64,000 nt of DNA from an uncultured Actinomycetota bacterium (GCA_963766275.1 CAVYAD010000043.1:216549-280548), one strand, 5' to 3'; shown: positions 1-9,112, counted from the first letter of the stretch. Notes: generated from the letters alone by a model not told the origin. Translations and numbers: made by a program.

Positions 1-2
1 GC

Positions 3-911
3 CTGATGAACATCCACACCCTTCAGTGGCACGAGCCGTCACTGGAGTTCGCCGGCGTGACCGCGGACCAGCTCCCGCCGCTCGTCGAACCGACCCACTC
101 CACCCCGCTCAAAGCCGAGATCCCTGGTCTGCGCAAGGGAATCCCGGTGATCGTCGGCGGCGGTGACGGCCCGCTCGGCAACCTCGGCGTCGGCGCGGCC
201 ACCCCCGGCGCGGGCGCGGTGTCGCTCGGCACCTCGGGCGCTCTTCGCGTGGCACAACAGGGTCCGGGCGTGGACGACGAGGGCCGCACGTTCAGCTACG
301 CCATCGCCGAAGGCCTCTGGGTCCGCGGCGGGGCGATCAGCAACGGTGGCGTCGTCGCGCAGTGGGCCGCGGAGACGTTCAACATCCCGGTCGGCGATCT
401 CCTGCAACAAGCGGAACACGCCGACTCCGACGGCCTGGTCGCCCTGCCGTACCTGCTGGGTGAGCGAGCGCCGTGGTGGGACCCGACCGCGCACGCCGCG
501 ATCCTGGGCCTGCGCCGCGAACACACGCCACCCCAGATCACGAAGGCGCTGGTGGAAGGCGTGTGCCAGCAGCTGGCGCTGGTGCTGGAGGCGGTGCCGC
601 AGGTCGACTCGCTGCGGATCACCGGCGGCGCCTTCCGTGCGCCGGTCTGGGCGCAGGTGCTGGCCAACGCCCTCGGCATGCCGTTGCACCTCACCGAGGA
701 CGCCGGCGGTTCGGCCGTGGGCGCCGCGCTGCTGGCGTGGCGAGCGCTGGACGAGATCCCGAACCTGACCGTCGACCTGGTTCGGCCCACGAAGACGATC
801 ACGCCGGACGAAGAGGCGATCAGGAGGTACGCGAAGGCGCGGCCGTTCGTGGCGAAGGCGTACCGGGCGCTGGAGGAGCTGTACAGCGAGGGCAGCGGCC
901 CCAGAACGTGA
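3..911 (+). CDS. FGGY-family carbohydrate kinase, probably gluconokinase (5' end outside window)
   Basis: GGGDGPLGNLG, SLGTSGALR, GGAISNGG, LPYLLGERAPWW and ITGGAFR motifs of the FGGY C-terminal domain; frame is open to the window edge. Confidence 0.85.
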   Translation: MMNIHTLQWHEPSLEFAGVTADQLPPLVEPTHSTPLKAEIPGLRKGIPVIVGGGDGPLGNLGVGAATPGAGAVSLGTSGALRVAQQGPGVDDEGRTFSYAIAEGLWVRGGAISNGGVVAQWAAETFNIPVGDLLQQAEHADSDGLVALPYLLGERAPWWDPTAHAAILGLRREHTPPQITKALVEGVCQQLALVLEAVPQVDSLRITGGAFRAPVWAQVLANALGMPLHLTEDAGGSAVGAALLAWRALDEIPNLTVDLVRPTKTITPDEEAIRRYAKARPFVAKAYRALEELYSEGSGPRT

Positions 912-1023
912 CCTCGGCCCGTTCGACCCGGAACCCGGCGAGCTCGAACGCAGGCTCGAAGACGCAGTCCACGTCCTCGGTCCGGCCGCAGTCGCGACAC
1001 ACGAGATGGTCAAGTGCGGTCAC
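820..1023 (-). CDS. Fur/FurA C-terminal (dimerisation, Zn-binding) domain-only mini-protein, or furA remnant
   Basis: HLVCRDCGRTEDVDC...AEVTFWGRCPRC matches the FurA C-terminus; no winged-helix domain; TAGGCT -10 hexamer 6 nt upstream of the GTG. Confidence 0.6.
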   Translation of the reverse strand: MTALDHLVCRDCGRTEDVDCVFEPAFELAGFRVERAEVTFWGRCPRCTAPPAPGTPSPRTAAPSRTS

Positions 1024-1029
1024 GCGCCC

Positions 1030-1035
1030 AGCCTA
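1030..1035 (-). promoter_or_regulatory. -10 element (TAGGCT) of a putative leaderless promoter for the mini-Fur ORF
   Basis: TANNNT hexamer followed by 6 nt then GTG, the same geometry as other leaderless genes in the window. Confidence 0.5.
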
Positions 1036-1105
1036 TAACTGTGATCTGGAACTCATCAATAAAACGAAAGGTTAAACTTGTTGCCTGTCGAGTGACGATG
1101 GCAGC

Positions 1106-2293
1106 GTGAACCTCGCGCCCTTCAAACACGTACTCATGCTGCCCAGGGTTCGGCCCCTGGCGCTGCTGTTGTTCTTCGCGAGGATGCCACCGGCCGCGAC
1201 GGGCGTGATCCTGACGCTGCACGTCGCCGTCACGCTGGACAAGGGCTACGGCGCGGCGGGGCTGGTCGGCGCGATCGGCACCGTCGGCATGGGGCTGGGC
1301 GCCCCGATGATGGGCAAGCTGGTCGACGAACGCGGCTTACGGCCGATGCTCGCGCTCAGCGTCACGGCGTCCGCGGCGTTCTGGGTCACCGCGCCGCTGA
1401 TGGGCTACTGGACGTTGCTGTTCACCTCGTTCTTCGTCGGCCTGCTCGGCGTGCCGATGATGTCGATCGGCAGGCAGATCATCACCGCGCTCGTCCCGGA
1501 GCAGCAGCGCCGCGTCGCGCTGTCGGTCGACTCGATCTCCGTCGAGCTCTCGTTCATGGGCGGTCCCGCGCTGGGCGTGTTCGTCGCGACCAACTTCTCC
1601 ACGAACGCGGCACTGGTGTTCATCGGCGCATCGACCCTGGTCGCCGGCGCGCTCCTGTACTGGGCGAACCCGCCGATGGTGCACGAGGACGAGGTCATGG
1701 ACGGGCCGAAGCCGCGCGTGTTCGAGTGGCTGCGCGGCCGGATCGTCGGCGTGCTGGTCGTCTGCATCGGCGCGACCGTGTGCCTCGTCGGCATGGAGGT
1801 CTCGGCGATCGCGTCGCTGGAACACATCGGCAAGGAGAGCTGGCTCGGCGTCGCGTTCTTCGCGATGTGCGCGGCGTCGATCGTGGGCGGCCTGGTCTAC
1901 GGCGGCGTGAAGAGGGCACCGAGCGTCCTGCTGCTGCTCGTGGCGATGGCGGCGTTCGAGATCCCGGTCGGCTTCGGCGACGGGAGTGTCCTCTGGCTGT
2001 GCCTGCTCCTCATCCCGATGAACCTCATGTGCGCGCCGCTGATCGCCGCCTCGGGCGAGCACATCAGCAGGCTCGCGCCGCCCGCGGCCCGTGGCCTGGC
2101 GATCGGTCTGCAGGGCTCGGCGTTCACCGTCGGCAGCGCGATCGGCGCACCGCTCGCGGGCGTGGCGATCGACAACGGCGGCGCCCAGCTCGGGTTTGCC
2201 GTCGTCGGCGTCGCGGGGCTGCTGGTGGCGGGTGTCGCGTGGCTCCTCGCACGTCAGAGTGAGCGGAAGGTAAACCCGTTGCCAGTGGAGTGA
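1106..2293 (+). CDS. MFS transporter (copy 1 of tandem pair)
   Basis: About 12 hydrophobic segments; motif A-like GKLVDERGLR. Confidence 0.9.
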   Translation: MNLAPFKHVLMLPRVRPLALLLFFARMPPAATGVILTLHVAVTLDKGYGAAGLVGAIGTVGMGLGAPMMGKLVDERGLRPMLALSVTASAAFWVTAPLMGYWTLLFTSFFVGLLGVPMMSIGRQIITALVPEQQRRVALSVDSISVELSFMGGPALGVFVATNFSTNAALVFIGASTLVAGALLYWANPPMVHEDEVMDGPKPRVFEWLRGRIVGVLVVCIGATVCLVGMEVSAIASLEHIGKESWLGVAFFAMCAASIVGGLVYGGVKRAPSVLLLLVAMAAFEIPVGFGDGSVLWLCLLLIPMNLMCAPLIAASGEHISRLAPPAARGLAIGLQGSAFTVGSAIGAPLAGVAIDNGGAQLGFAVVGVAGLLVAGVAWLLARQSERKVNPLPVE

Positions 2294-2303
2294 CGATGTG
2301 GGG

Positions 2304-3479
2304 GTGAACCTCGCGCCCTTCAAACACGTCCTCGCGCTGCCCAGGGTGCGTTCGTTGATGCTCCTGATGCTGTTCGCGCGGGTCGGGCCGACGGCGGCGG
2401 GCGTGACGGTGACCCTGCACGTCGTGACCACGCTCGACAAGGGCTACGCGGCGGCGGGCACGGTGGGGTTCGCGACCATGGTCGGTATCGGCCTCGGGTC
2501 CCCGCTGATGGGCAAGCTGATCGACAGTAAGGGGCTGCGGGTCACTCTGGTGCTCAGCCTGCTGGAAGGCGTCTTCTGGCTCACCGCGCCGCTGATGGAC
2601 TACTACGTGCTGCTGCCGCTCGCGTTCGCCAACGGGCTGGTGGCGGTGCCGCTGATGTCGATCGGGCGGCAGGCGCTCACCGCGCTCGTGCCCGAGCCAC
2701 AGCGCAGGCCGGCGTTCTCGCTGGACTCGATCTCGGTCGAGCTGTCGTTCATGATCGGACCTGCTGCCGGCGTGCTGGTCGCGACGCACTTCTCCACCGG
2801 CACGGCGCTGGTCTCGATCGGCGCGGCGATCGTCATCGCGTGCGCGCTGCTGTTCATCATCAACCCGTTGCTGATCCATGAGGACGAGGTCGTCGACGGG
2901 CCGCCACCGCACTGGCAGACCTGGATGCGCGGGCCGATGATCGCGGCGTTGATCATCCCGTTCGGCGCCACCATGGCGTTGTCCGGTATGGAGATCGCCT
3001 CGATCGCCAGCCTCGAACGCGCAGGTCAGCAGAGCTGGCTCGGCCTGATCTTCGTGGTGATGTGCGCCGCGTCGGCGCTGGGTGGGCTCGTCTACGGCAG
3101 CCGAACGAGGGTGCCGAGCGGTGTGGTGCTGCTCGCGTGCATGGCGTTGTTGGAGATCCCGGTCGGGCTCGGCGACGGCAGCGTGGCACTGCTGGCGATC
3201 GCGCTCATCCCGATGAACCTCGTCTGCGCGCCGACCATCGCTTCATCGAGCGAGCAGATCAGCAAGCTCGCGCCCGCCTCGGCGCGCGGGCTGGCACTGG
3301 GCTTTCAGGGGTCGGCGTTCACGTTCGGCGTCGCGGCAGGTCAGCCGCTGGCGGGGCTCGCCGTGGACCACGGCGGAGCCCCGCTCGGCTTTGCTGTCGC
3401 CGGTGTCGCCGGACTACTGGTCGCCGGCGGGGCGTGGGTGCTGTCCCGGCAGCATCAGGCGGTCTCGGTCACATCCTGA
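2304..3479 (+). CDS. MFS transporter (copy 2, paralogue of 1106..2293)
   Basis: Same N-terminus (VNLAPFKHVL) and collinear similarity throughout; GKLIDSKGLR. Confidence 0.9.
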   Translation: MNLAPFKHVLALPRVRSLMLLMLFARVGPTAAGVTVTLHVVTTLDKGYAAAGTVGFATMVGIGLGSPLMGKLIDSKGLRVTLVLSLLEGVFWLTAPLMDYYVLLPLAFANGLVAVPLMSIGRQALTALVPEPQRRPAFSLDSISVELSFMIGPAAGVLVATHFSTGTALVSIGAAIVIACALLFIINPLLIHEDEVVDGPPPHWQTWMRGPMIAALIIPFGATMALSGMEIASIASLERAGQQSWLGLIFVVMCAASALGGLVYGSRTRVPSGVVLLACMALLEIPVGLGDGSVALLAIALIPMNLVCAPTIASSSEQISKLAPASARGLALGFQGSAFTFGVAAGQPLAGLAVDHGGAPLGFAVAGVAGLLVAGGAWVLSRQHQAVSVTS

Positions 3480-4516
3480 GCGGAGTTCGCGAGCGCGAGA
3501 CCGGTTCGCAGCGCGCCGACGGCCTCGGACACTGCCTCGCGGAAGATCCCGCCGACGCCGAGCACGTTCGCGAAGCCGTGGAAGAGGCCCTCGTGCCTGC
3601 GCAGCACGACCGGCACACCCTCGGTGGCCAGTCGTTCCGCGAACGCCTCGCCCTCGTCGCGCAACGGGTCGTAGCCCGCGGTCGCGACGTAGGTGGGCGG
3701 CAGGTTCGAGAGGTCGTCGGCCAGCATGATCGACAGTCGTGGGTCGTGGCGGTCGTTGCCACCGGCGCTGTACTGGTCCAGGAACCAGTCCATCTTCTCG
3801 TCGGTCAGGAAGAACCCGTTGCCGAAGATCTCCCGCGACCGGCGGCGCACCGAGGCGTCCACGCCGGGGTAGAAGAGCAGCAGGAACGCGATGTCGATCT
3901 CGGCGTTGTGCGCCGTCACCGCCGCCAGGTTGCCGCCCGCGCTGTCCCCGCCGAGCGCGATCCGCCTGGCGTCGATGCCCAGGTCCTCGGCCTTCGCCAC
4001 GGCGTACTGCAACACCTCGGCCGCGTCCTCGACCGCCGCCGGGAACGGGTGCTCGGGCGCGAGCCGGTAGTCGGCGGCCAGCACCCGCACGCCGGCCTCA
4101 CGAGCGAGGAACCGGCACAGGTTGTCGTGTGTCTCCAAACCGCCGGTGACCCAGCCGCCACCGTGATAGAAGATCAGCAACGCCGAGCCGGGTGCGAGCC
4201 CGTCAGGCGTGTAGAGCCGGCCGGCGAACTCGCCGATCGTGAGGTCGCGAGACCCGACCCCGGTGATCTTCGGGCCGGAGACGAGTTTCGAACTCAACTC
4301 CAGGTCTAGCCGACTCTCGGACGCTGTCTTGGTGCGCCACTCGGTCCCGGACACGGTCTGGAGGCGCAGCAGGAGCTGTGCTTCCGGGTGCAGGTCCTGT
4401 CCGTCCAGGCGGATCGGGGTACCGGCGATGAGACGGCGCAACGGGCCGGGCAGACCGAACGCGAAGCGCAGAGCACCGGCCAGTACGCCGGCCTGGAAGT
4501 TCGACATGTGGTGCAC
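3455..4516 (-). CDS. HSL-family alpha/beta hydrolase (esterase/lipase, LipN-like)
   Basis: HGGGW oxyanion motif, GDSAGG nucleophile, DPLRDEG, HGF. Confidence 0.92.
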   Translation of the reverse strand: MHHMSNFQAGVLAGALRFAFGLPGPLRRLIAGTPIRLDGQDLHPEAQLLLRLQTVSGTEWRTKTASESRLDLELSSKLVSGPKITGVGSRDLTIGEFAGRLYTPDGLAPGSALLIFYHGGGWVTGGLETHDNLCRFLAREAGVRVLAADYRLAPEHPFPAAVEDAAEVLQYAVAKAEDLGIDARRIALGGDSAGGNLAAVTAHNAEIDIAFLLLFYPGVDASVRRRSREIFGNGFFLTDEKMDWFLDQYSAGGNDRHDPRLSIMLADDLSNLPPTYVATAGYDPLRDEGEAFAERLATEGVPVVLRRHEGLFHGFANVLGVGGIFREAVSEAVGALRTGLALANSAQDVTETA

Positions 4517-4572
4517 GTTACTCGCCAGTAGTGCTGGATCTCCAGGTATCTGGAGGTGGAAGGATCGACGTC

Positions 4573-5148
4573 ATGACGGTGACGGTGGTGGGCATCGGGG
4601 GCTCTATCAGATCCGACTCGCAGTCCGAACGGGCGCTGCGGGTCGCGCTGGAGGGTGCTCGTGAGCTCGGCGCGGAGACAATCCAGTACAGCGGGCCCGA
4701 GTTGGTGCTGCCGTTCTACGACCCGTCCGTGCCGGAACGCACGGAGGTCGCGTTGAAGATGGTCGAGGACCTGCGTCGTGCGGACGGCGTGATCCTCGTG
4801 TCGCCCGGCTACCACGGCACCGTCTCCGGTCTCGTCAAGAACGCGCTCGACTACATCGAGGACCTGCGCGACGACGAACGCCCCTACCTCGACGGCCGCG
4901 CGGTGGGCACGATCACGGCCGCGTACGGCTGGCAGGCGGCGGTGAACACGCTCGCGGCCGTCCGTTCGATCGTGCACGCGCTGCGCGGCTGGCCGACGCC
5001 GCTGGGCGCCGCCATCAACTCCGCGCAGGTCAAGTTCGACGGCGACGGCGCCTGCTCGGACGACGACGTGGACCGCAACCTGAGGGTCATCGGACGCCAG
5101 GTCGTCGAGTTCGCGCTGCGGCAGGCGTCTCACATCGAAGTGAACTGA
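4573..5148 (+). CDS. NADPH-dependent FMN reductase
   Basis: GGSIRSDSQS, SPGYHGTVSGLVKNALDY motifs. Confidence 0.9.
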   Translation: MTVTVVGIGGSIRSDSQSERALRVALEGARELGAETIQYSGPELVLPFYDPSVPERTEVALKMVEDLRRADGVILVSPGYHGTVSGLVKNALDYIEDLRDDERPYLDGRAVGTITAAYGWQAAVNTLAAVRSIVHALRGWPTPLGAAINSAQVKFDGDGACSDDDVDRNLRVIGRQVVEFALRQASHIEVN

Positions 5149-5228
5149 ACCACCTTCGGGCAGGTATCCGTCTTCCTTTGCGTTACTCCCCAGTAGACAT
5201 CATCCCTACGGGCTCAAAGGAGAGCGGA

Positions 5229-5651
5229 ATGAGCACGCTGTACACGGCTGAGGCGACTGCTTACGGCGAAGGACGCAACGGCGAGGTCCGGTCCTCCGAC
5301 GGCGTGATCGACGAGGTCCTGTCGGTCCCCAAGGAGATGGGCGGCCCCGGCGGCGACGCGACGAACCCCGAGCAGCTGTTCGCGGCCGGTTACGCGGCCT
5401 GCTTCAACTCCGCTCTCTCCGCCGTCGCGCGCGCCGCGAAGGTTCAGATCGCCTCTTCCGAGGTAACCGCCAAGGTGGGGATCGGCCCGAACGGTGCCGG
5501 CGGCTTCCAGCTGTCCGTCGAGCTCGCCGTGCTGATCCCCGGACACGACCAGGCGGTCGCGGAGAAGCTCGTCGAGCAGGCCCACCAGGTCTGCCCGTAC
5601 TCCAACGCGACCCGCGGCAACATCGAGGTGGCGATCACCGTCACCGTCTGA
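5229..5651 (+). CDS. ohr: Organic hydroperoxide resistance protein
   Basis: TNPEQLFAAGYAACF and AHQVCPYSNATRGN; RBS AAGGAG upstream. Confidence 0.95.
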   Translation: MSTLYTAEATAYGEGRNGEVRSSDGVIDEVLSVPKEMGGPGGDATNPEQLFAAGYAACFNSALSAVARAAKVQIASSEVTAKVGIGPNGAGGFQLSVELAVLIPGHDQAVAEKLVEQAHQVCPYSNATRGNIEVAITVTV

Positions 5652-5667
5652 GGAGGCGCGGATCACC

Positions 5668-6144
5668 ATGGCCAAGAACCCGATCACCAGCCCGCTGTCC
5701 GACGCTGACCGCGACGCGGTCGGCACCGTGCTGCAGGCAACGCTCGTCGACCTCGTCGACCTGTCCCTGATCGGGAAGCAGGCGCACTGGAACGTGATCG
5801 GCAAGAACTTCCGCAGCGTCCACCTCCAGCTCGACGAACTGGTCGTCTCGGCGCGCAACGCCGCCGACCAGGTCGCCGAACGCGCGGCCGCTCTCGGCGT
5901 CACGCCGAACGGCACGGCGAAGACCATCGCCGCGTCGTCCGGCGTGCCCGCGATCGAGTCCGGGTGGCTGAAGGAGGATCAGGTCGTCACCGCCATCACG
6001 TCCTCGCTGGGCGCGCTCATCACCCGCATGCGCTCCCGCATCGACGAGACCGACAAGCCGGACCTCGTCACCCAGGACCTGCTCATCGGCATCACGCAGG
6101 ACCTGGAGCAGGCGCACTGGATGTGGCAGGCCCAGTCGGCCTAG
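5668..6144 (+). CDS. dps: Dps-family DNA starvation/stationary phase protection protein
   Basis: KQAHWNVIGKNFRSVHLQLDE, DQVAER, WMWQA; RBS GAGGAGG. Confidence 0.95.
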   Translation: MAKNPITSPLSDADRDAVGTVLQATLVDLVDLSLIGKQAHWNVIGKNFRSVHLQLDELVVSARNAADQVAERAAALGVTPNGTAKTIAASSGVPAIESGWLKEDQVVTAITSSLGALITRMRSRIDETDKPDLVTQDLLIGITQDLEQAHWMWQAQSA

Positions 6145-7082
6145 CGTGGTAGTCGACGGATGGCCCGCTCCTCGATGGAGCGGGCCTCGTCTACTTTCTC
6201 GGCCAACTCGTCGTAGTCGCCGCCCTGCGCGATCCGGGACCAGAGCTTGCCGGCGCGTCGAAACTCTTCCGCCCCAGGCAATCCGACCTCGTCGAGGAAC
6301 TCGGCGTACAGCGGCCGGGTGGCGCCCGGTGCCGTGTAGGTGACCTCCAGGCAGTCGTGCAGGCGTTGCTTCACGAAACCGGGGTCCTCGGCCCAGCGCT
6401 GCGTCCAGCCCTTCTTCCCCTTGTCGCGCAACTGTTCCGCGAGCTTCCGCATCCCGGAGAAGCCGAAGTTCACGTCGAAGTTGTTGCCCAGCACCGGACC
6501 CGTCAGATGCTCGCACGTCATCCGCACCGCGGCTGCGACATCCGGCTCGCCCGTGCGTTCGCCGATGCTGATCATCTCGTGCTTGCCCTGACCCCAGCTC
6601 GTCATGAACTCGTCGAGGGGCTGGGTGTTCGTGCTGAGGGTGACGGTGTCGTCGTCGATCCCGAGCACGGCGACCGGGTGCTTTTCCTTGCCCAGCAGGC
6701 AGATCACCGGCCCGTCGGCTTCCCTGATCACCCTCTCGGCCTTGCGCGCGGACGTCGTGGACGTGACGTCGTGCGCGATGCCCGCGTGCATCAACGCGGT
6801 CGGGATGAACGGCGCCGGGTGGTGCCGCGCGACGATCGTCATCGTCGACGTGTGCCCCTTGTAGTCGAAGACGAAGTACATGAACCCGATGCCGCCGGCG
6901 AGCCCGGCCAGCATCGCCTCGGACCACTCGCCGTCCAGGACCTCCCGCAACAGCCACGAGTCGTGCATCTGACCGGTGGGGCGGGCGTCTTTGAGCACGT
7001 GACGGCGTGCGGTGGAGTAGGACTCGCCGGTGCGTTCCATGCGGGTGCGGACCAGGCGCTTGAAGGACTTCTGCTCGGTCAT
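6141..7082 (-). CDS. BtrH_N/DUF4872-like papain-fold protein with N-terminal basic TGESY helix
   Basis: Start MTEQKSFKRLVRTRMERTGESYSTARR after RBS GAAAGG; SEAMLAGLAGGIGFMYF, HPVAVLGID and ATRPLYAEFLDE resemble BtrH-like proteins. Confidence 0.7.
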   Translation of the reverse strand: MTEQKSFKRLVRTRMERTGESYSTARRHVLKDARPTGQMHDSWLLREVLDGEWSEAMLAGLAGGIGFMYFVFDYKGHTSTMTIVARHHPAPFIPTALMHAGIAHDVTSTTSARKAERVIREADGPVICLLGKEKHPVAVLGIDDDTVTLSTNTQPLDEFMTSWGQGKHEMISIGERTGEPDVAAAVRMTCEHLTGPVLGNNFDVNFGFSGMRKLAEQLRDKGKKGWTQRWAEDPGFVKQRLHDCLEVTYTAPGATRPLYAEFLDEVGLPGAEEFRRAGKLWSRIAQGGDYDELAEKVDEARSIEERAIRRLPR

Positions 7083-7258
7083 GGCGTGCCTTTCGCGGAC
7101 GCGCTGGAGCCGTTCCCCACGCCTTGCCCTGCTCGTCCGGACACGTTTGCCCATGCTGACCGGCGCCGGGAGGACAAGGATCCCCTTTGCCTCCGCGACG
7201 CCGGTCAGCGTGGGTGACCGATCAGGAGGTGAGGCGCTCCGGCAGCGCCGCACCCAGG
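7083..7258 (-). promoter_or_regulatory. Candidate structured 5' leader RNA
   Basis: About 24-bp stem 7150-7173/7190-7214, hairpin GGCGCT/AGCGCC 7233-7249, GGACG/CGTCC stem next to the RBS, and UCACCUCCU at 7224-7232. Confidence 0.55.
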
Positions 7259-9070
7259 TTACTTCGAGAGGTGGCGCCTTGCGAAGTCCACCTCGGCCGC
7301 CGTCTGCCGCATCATCTCGGCGACGACCAACGATCCGTGGCCCGCGTCGTAGCGGTACATCTCGTAGGAGTGGCCGCGAGCCGCGAGCGCGTCGAGGTAG
7401 TTGTCGATCTGCCGGATCGGGCAGCGCGGGTCGTTCTCACCCGCGAGCACGAGCACCGGCGCCGTCACCTTGTCGACGTAGGTGAGCGGCGAGCACTCCC
7501 GGTAGAGCTCGGGCAGCTCCTCCGGCGAACCGCCGAACAGGGCCCGGTCGAACGCCCGCAGCGGTTCCATCTCGTCCTCGTACGCGGCGAGGTAGTCGGC
7601 CACCGGGACACCCGCGACGCCGACCGTCCAGCGTTCCGGCTGGATGCCGATGCCGAGCAGGGTCAGGTAGCCGCCCCAGGACGCGCCGTTGAGCACGGTC
7701 CTGGTGGGGTCGGCGAGACCGGAGCCGACCGCCCAGTCGTGGACCGCGGCGATGTCCTCGAGTTCGGTGAGGCCAGGCCTGCCCTCGATCGCGTCGCGCC
7801 ACTTCGAGCCGTAGCCGCTGGAACCGCGGTAGTTCACGTGCACGGTGGCGAACCCGGCGTCCAGCCACACCGCGCGGTAGGCCGAGAAACGGTCCTCGTC
7901 GGACGAGTGCGGACCGCCGTGGATCATGAAGACCGTCGGGAACGGGCCCTCGCCGGCGGGCTTCGAGACCAGCGCGTGGACGTCGCCGACGAACACGTCC
8001 TCGAGCGGCAGCGACGTCGCCGGGCGGGCGCCCTGCGGCTCGACCAGGACGCGTTCGGTGCCGTCGGTCGAGAGAGCGCGGATCACCGTGGACTTCTCGG
8101 CGGACGACCACGAGTACTCGACGGTGCCGTCCGGGCGAACACCCGCGCTGCCGATCACGCCGGGCGCGGTGTCCAAAGAGGACAGCTTGCCGGTCGCGAG
8201 GTCGTAGTGGTGCACGGTGTTGCGCGCGTGGTGGGTGTGGACGATCAGCAGCGCGGAGGCGTCCGGGTACCAGTCCGCGGCGACCTCGCCCGGCAGGTCG
8301 AGGACGATCTCCTGCTCGGTGCCCGCGGCGACGTCCCAGACCAGCAGCTCCTCGCGGCCACGGCGCTCGTGCAGCACCAGCAGCCGCTGGTCGCCGCGCA
8401 CCGGGCTGAACGAGATGGCGTCGAGGCCCTTGCCCTTGCCGTCCCACTTGTCCGCCAGGGTCGCGCCGTCCGTGGTGAGCGCGCGCAACGCCATGTGCCG
8501 GTTGTCGCCGTGCTCGGAGTGCGCGATCACGACGATCGTCTCGTCCTTGGACATCGCGGAAACGCCGGCGTCGTGCTCGTTCTGGTAGATCACCTCGGCG
8601 GCGTCGCCGTTGCGGGACAACCACACCGTGGTGCCGTCGTCGGTCGAGGCGGCCACCGCGATCACGTCGCGGCCGATCTCCAGGCCCGCCGGGTAGCCGG
8701 CGGTGACGTTCGCGACGGCAGGCTCGGCCTTGCTGCCGTCAGCCTGGAACGGCTCACGCACCCAGACGCCGAACTCGTCGCCGTCGTGGTCGTCGAACCA
8801 CCAGATCTCGGTGCCGTCCGGGTTGAGCGTGCCGTGCGACGTGCCGTTCGGTCGGTCGGTGACCTTCCGGTGCTCGTCCTTCGCGCGGTCCCAGGCGTAG
8901 ATCTCCCACACGCCGCTCGCGTTCGAGATGTACAGCGTGTGGTCCGGAGCGTCGTCGGCCCAGCCGGGCAGGCTCATCCGAGGTGCGGTGAACCGCTCCC
9001 GCCACTGAGCCTCAGCGGCGGAATCGTCGAAAAGCTGGTCCGGAACGTTCGGAGCAGGGTGCGTTGTCAC
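7259..9070 (-). CDS. S9 family (prolyl oligopeptidase/acylaminoacyl) peptidase
   Basis: IHGGPHS, NYRGSSGYG, GASWGG nucleophile, NDPRCP, AGHG. Confidence 0.93.
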   Translation of the reverse strand: MTTHPAPNVPDQLFDDSAAEAQWRERFTAPRMSLPGWADDAPDHTLYISNASGVWEIYAWDRAKDEHRKVTDRPNGTSHGTLNPDGTEIWWFDDHDGDEFGVWVREPFQADGSKAEPAVANVTAGYPAGLEIGRDVIAVAASTDDGTTVWLSRNGDAAEVIYQNEHDAGVSAMSKDETIVVIAHSEHGDNRHMALRALTTDGATLADKWDGKGKGLDAISFSPVRGDQRLLVLHERRGREELLVWDVAAGTEQEIVLDLPGEVAADWYPDASALLIVHTHHARNTVHHYDLATGKLSSLDTAPGVIGSAGVRPDGTVEYSWSSAEKSTVIRALSTDGTERVLVEPQGARPATSLPLEDVFVGDVHALVSKPAGEGPFPTVFMIHGGPHSSDEDRFSAYRAVWLDAGFATVHVNYRGSSGYGSKWRDAIEGRPGLTELEDIAAVHDWAVGSGLADPTRTVLNGASWGGYLTLLGIGIQPERWTVGVAGVPVADYLAAYEDEMEPLRAFDRALFGGSPEELPELYRECSPLTYVDKVTAPVLVLAGENDPRCPIRQIDNYLDALAARGHSYEMYRYDAGHGSLVVAEMMRQTAAEVDFARRHLSK

Positions 9071-9112
9071 GTCTCAACACTAGAGTCAGGTCAGGTTCTA
9101 GGGGGATTTGAG

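Noticed and set aside
7187-9112. N-terminal 640 aa of the 862-aa plus-strand ORF
   Set aside because: Antisense shadow of the S9 peptidase; only the part from ATG 9113 looks like a real protein
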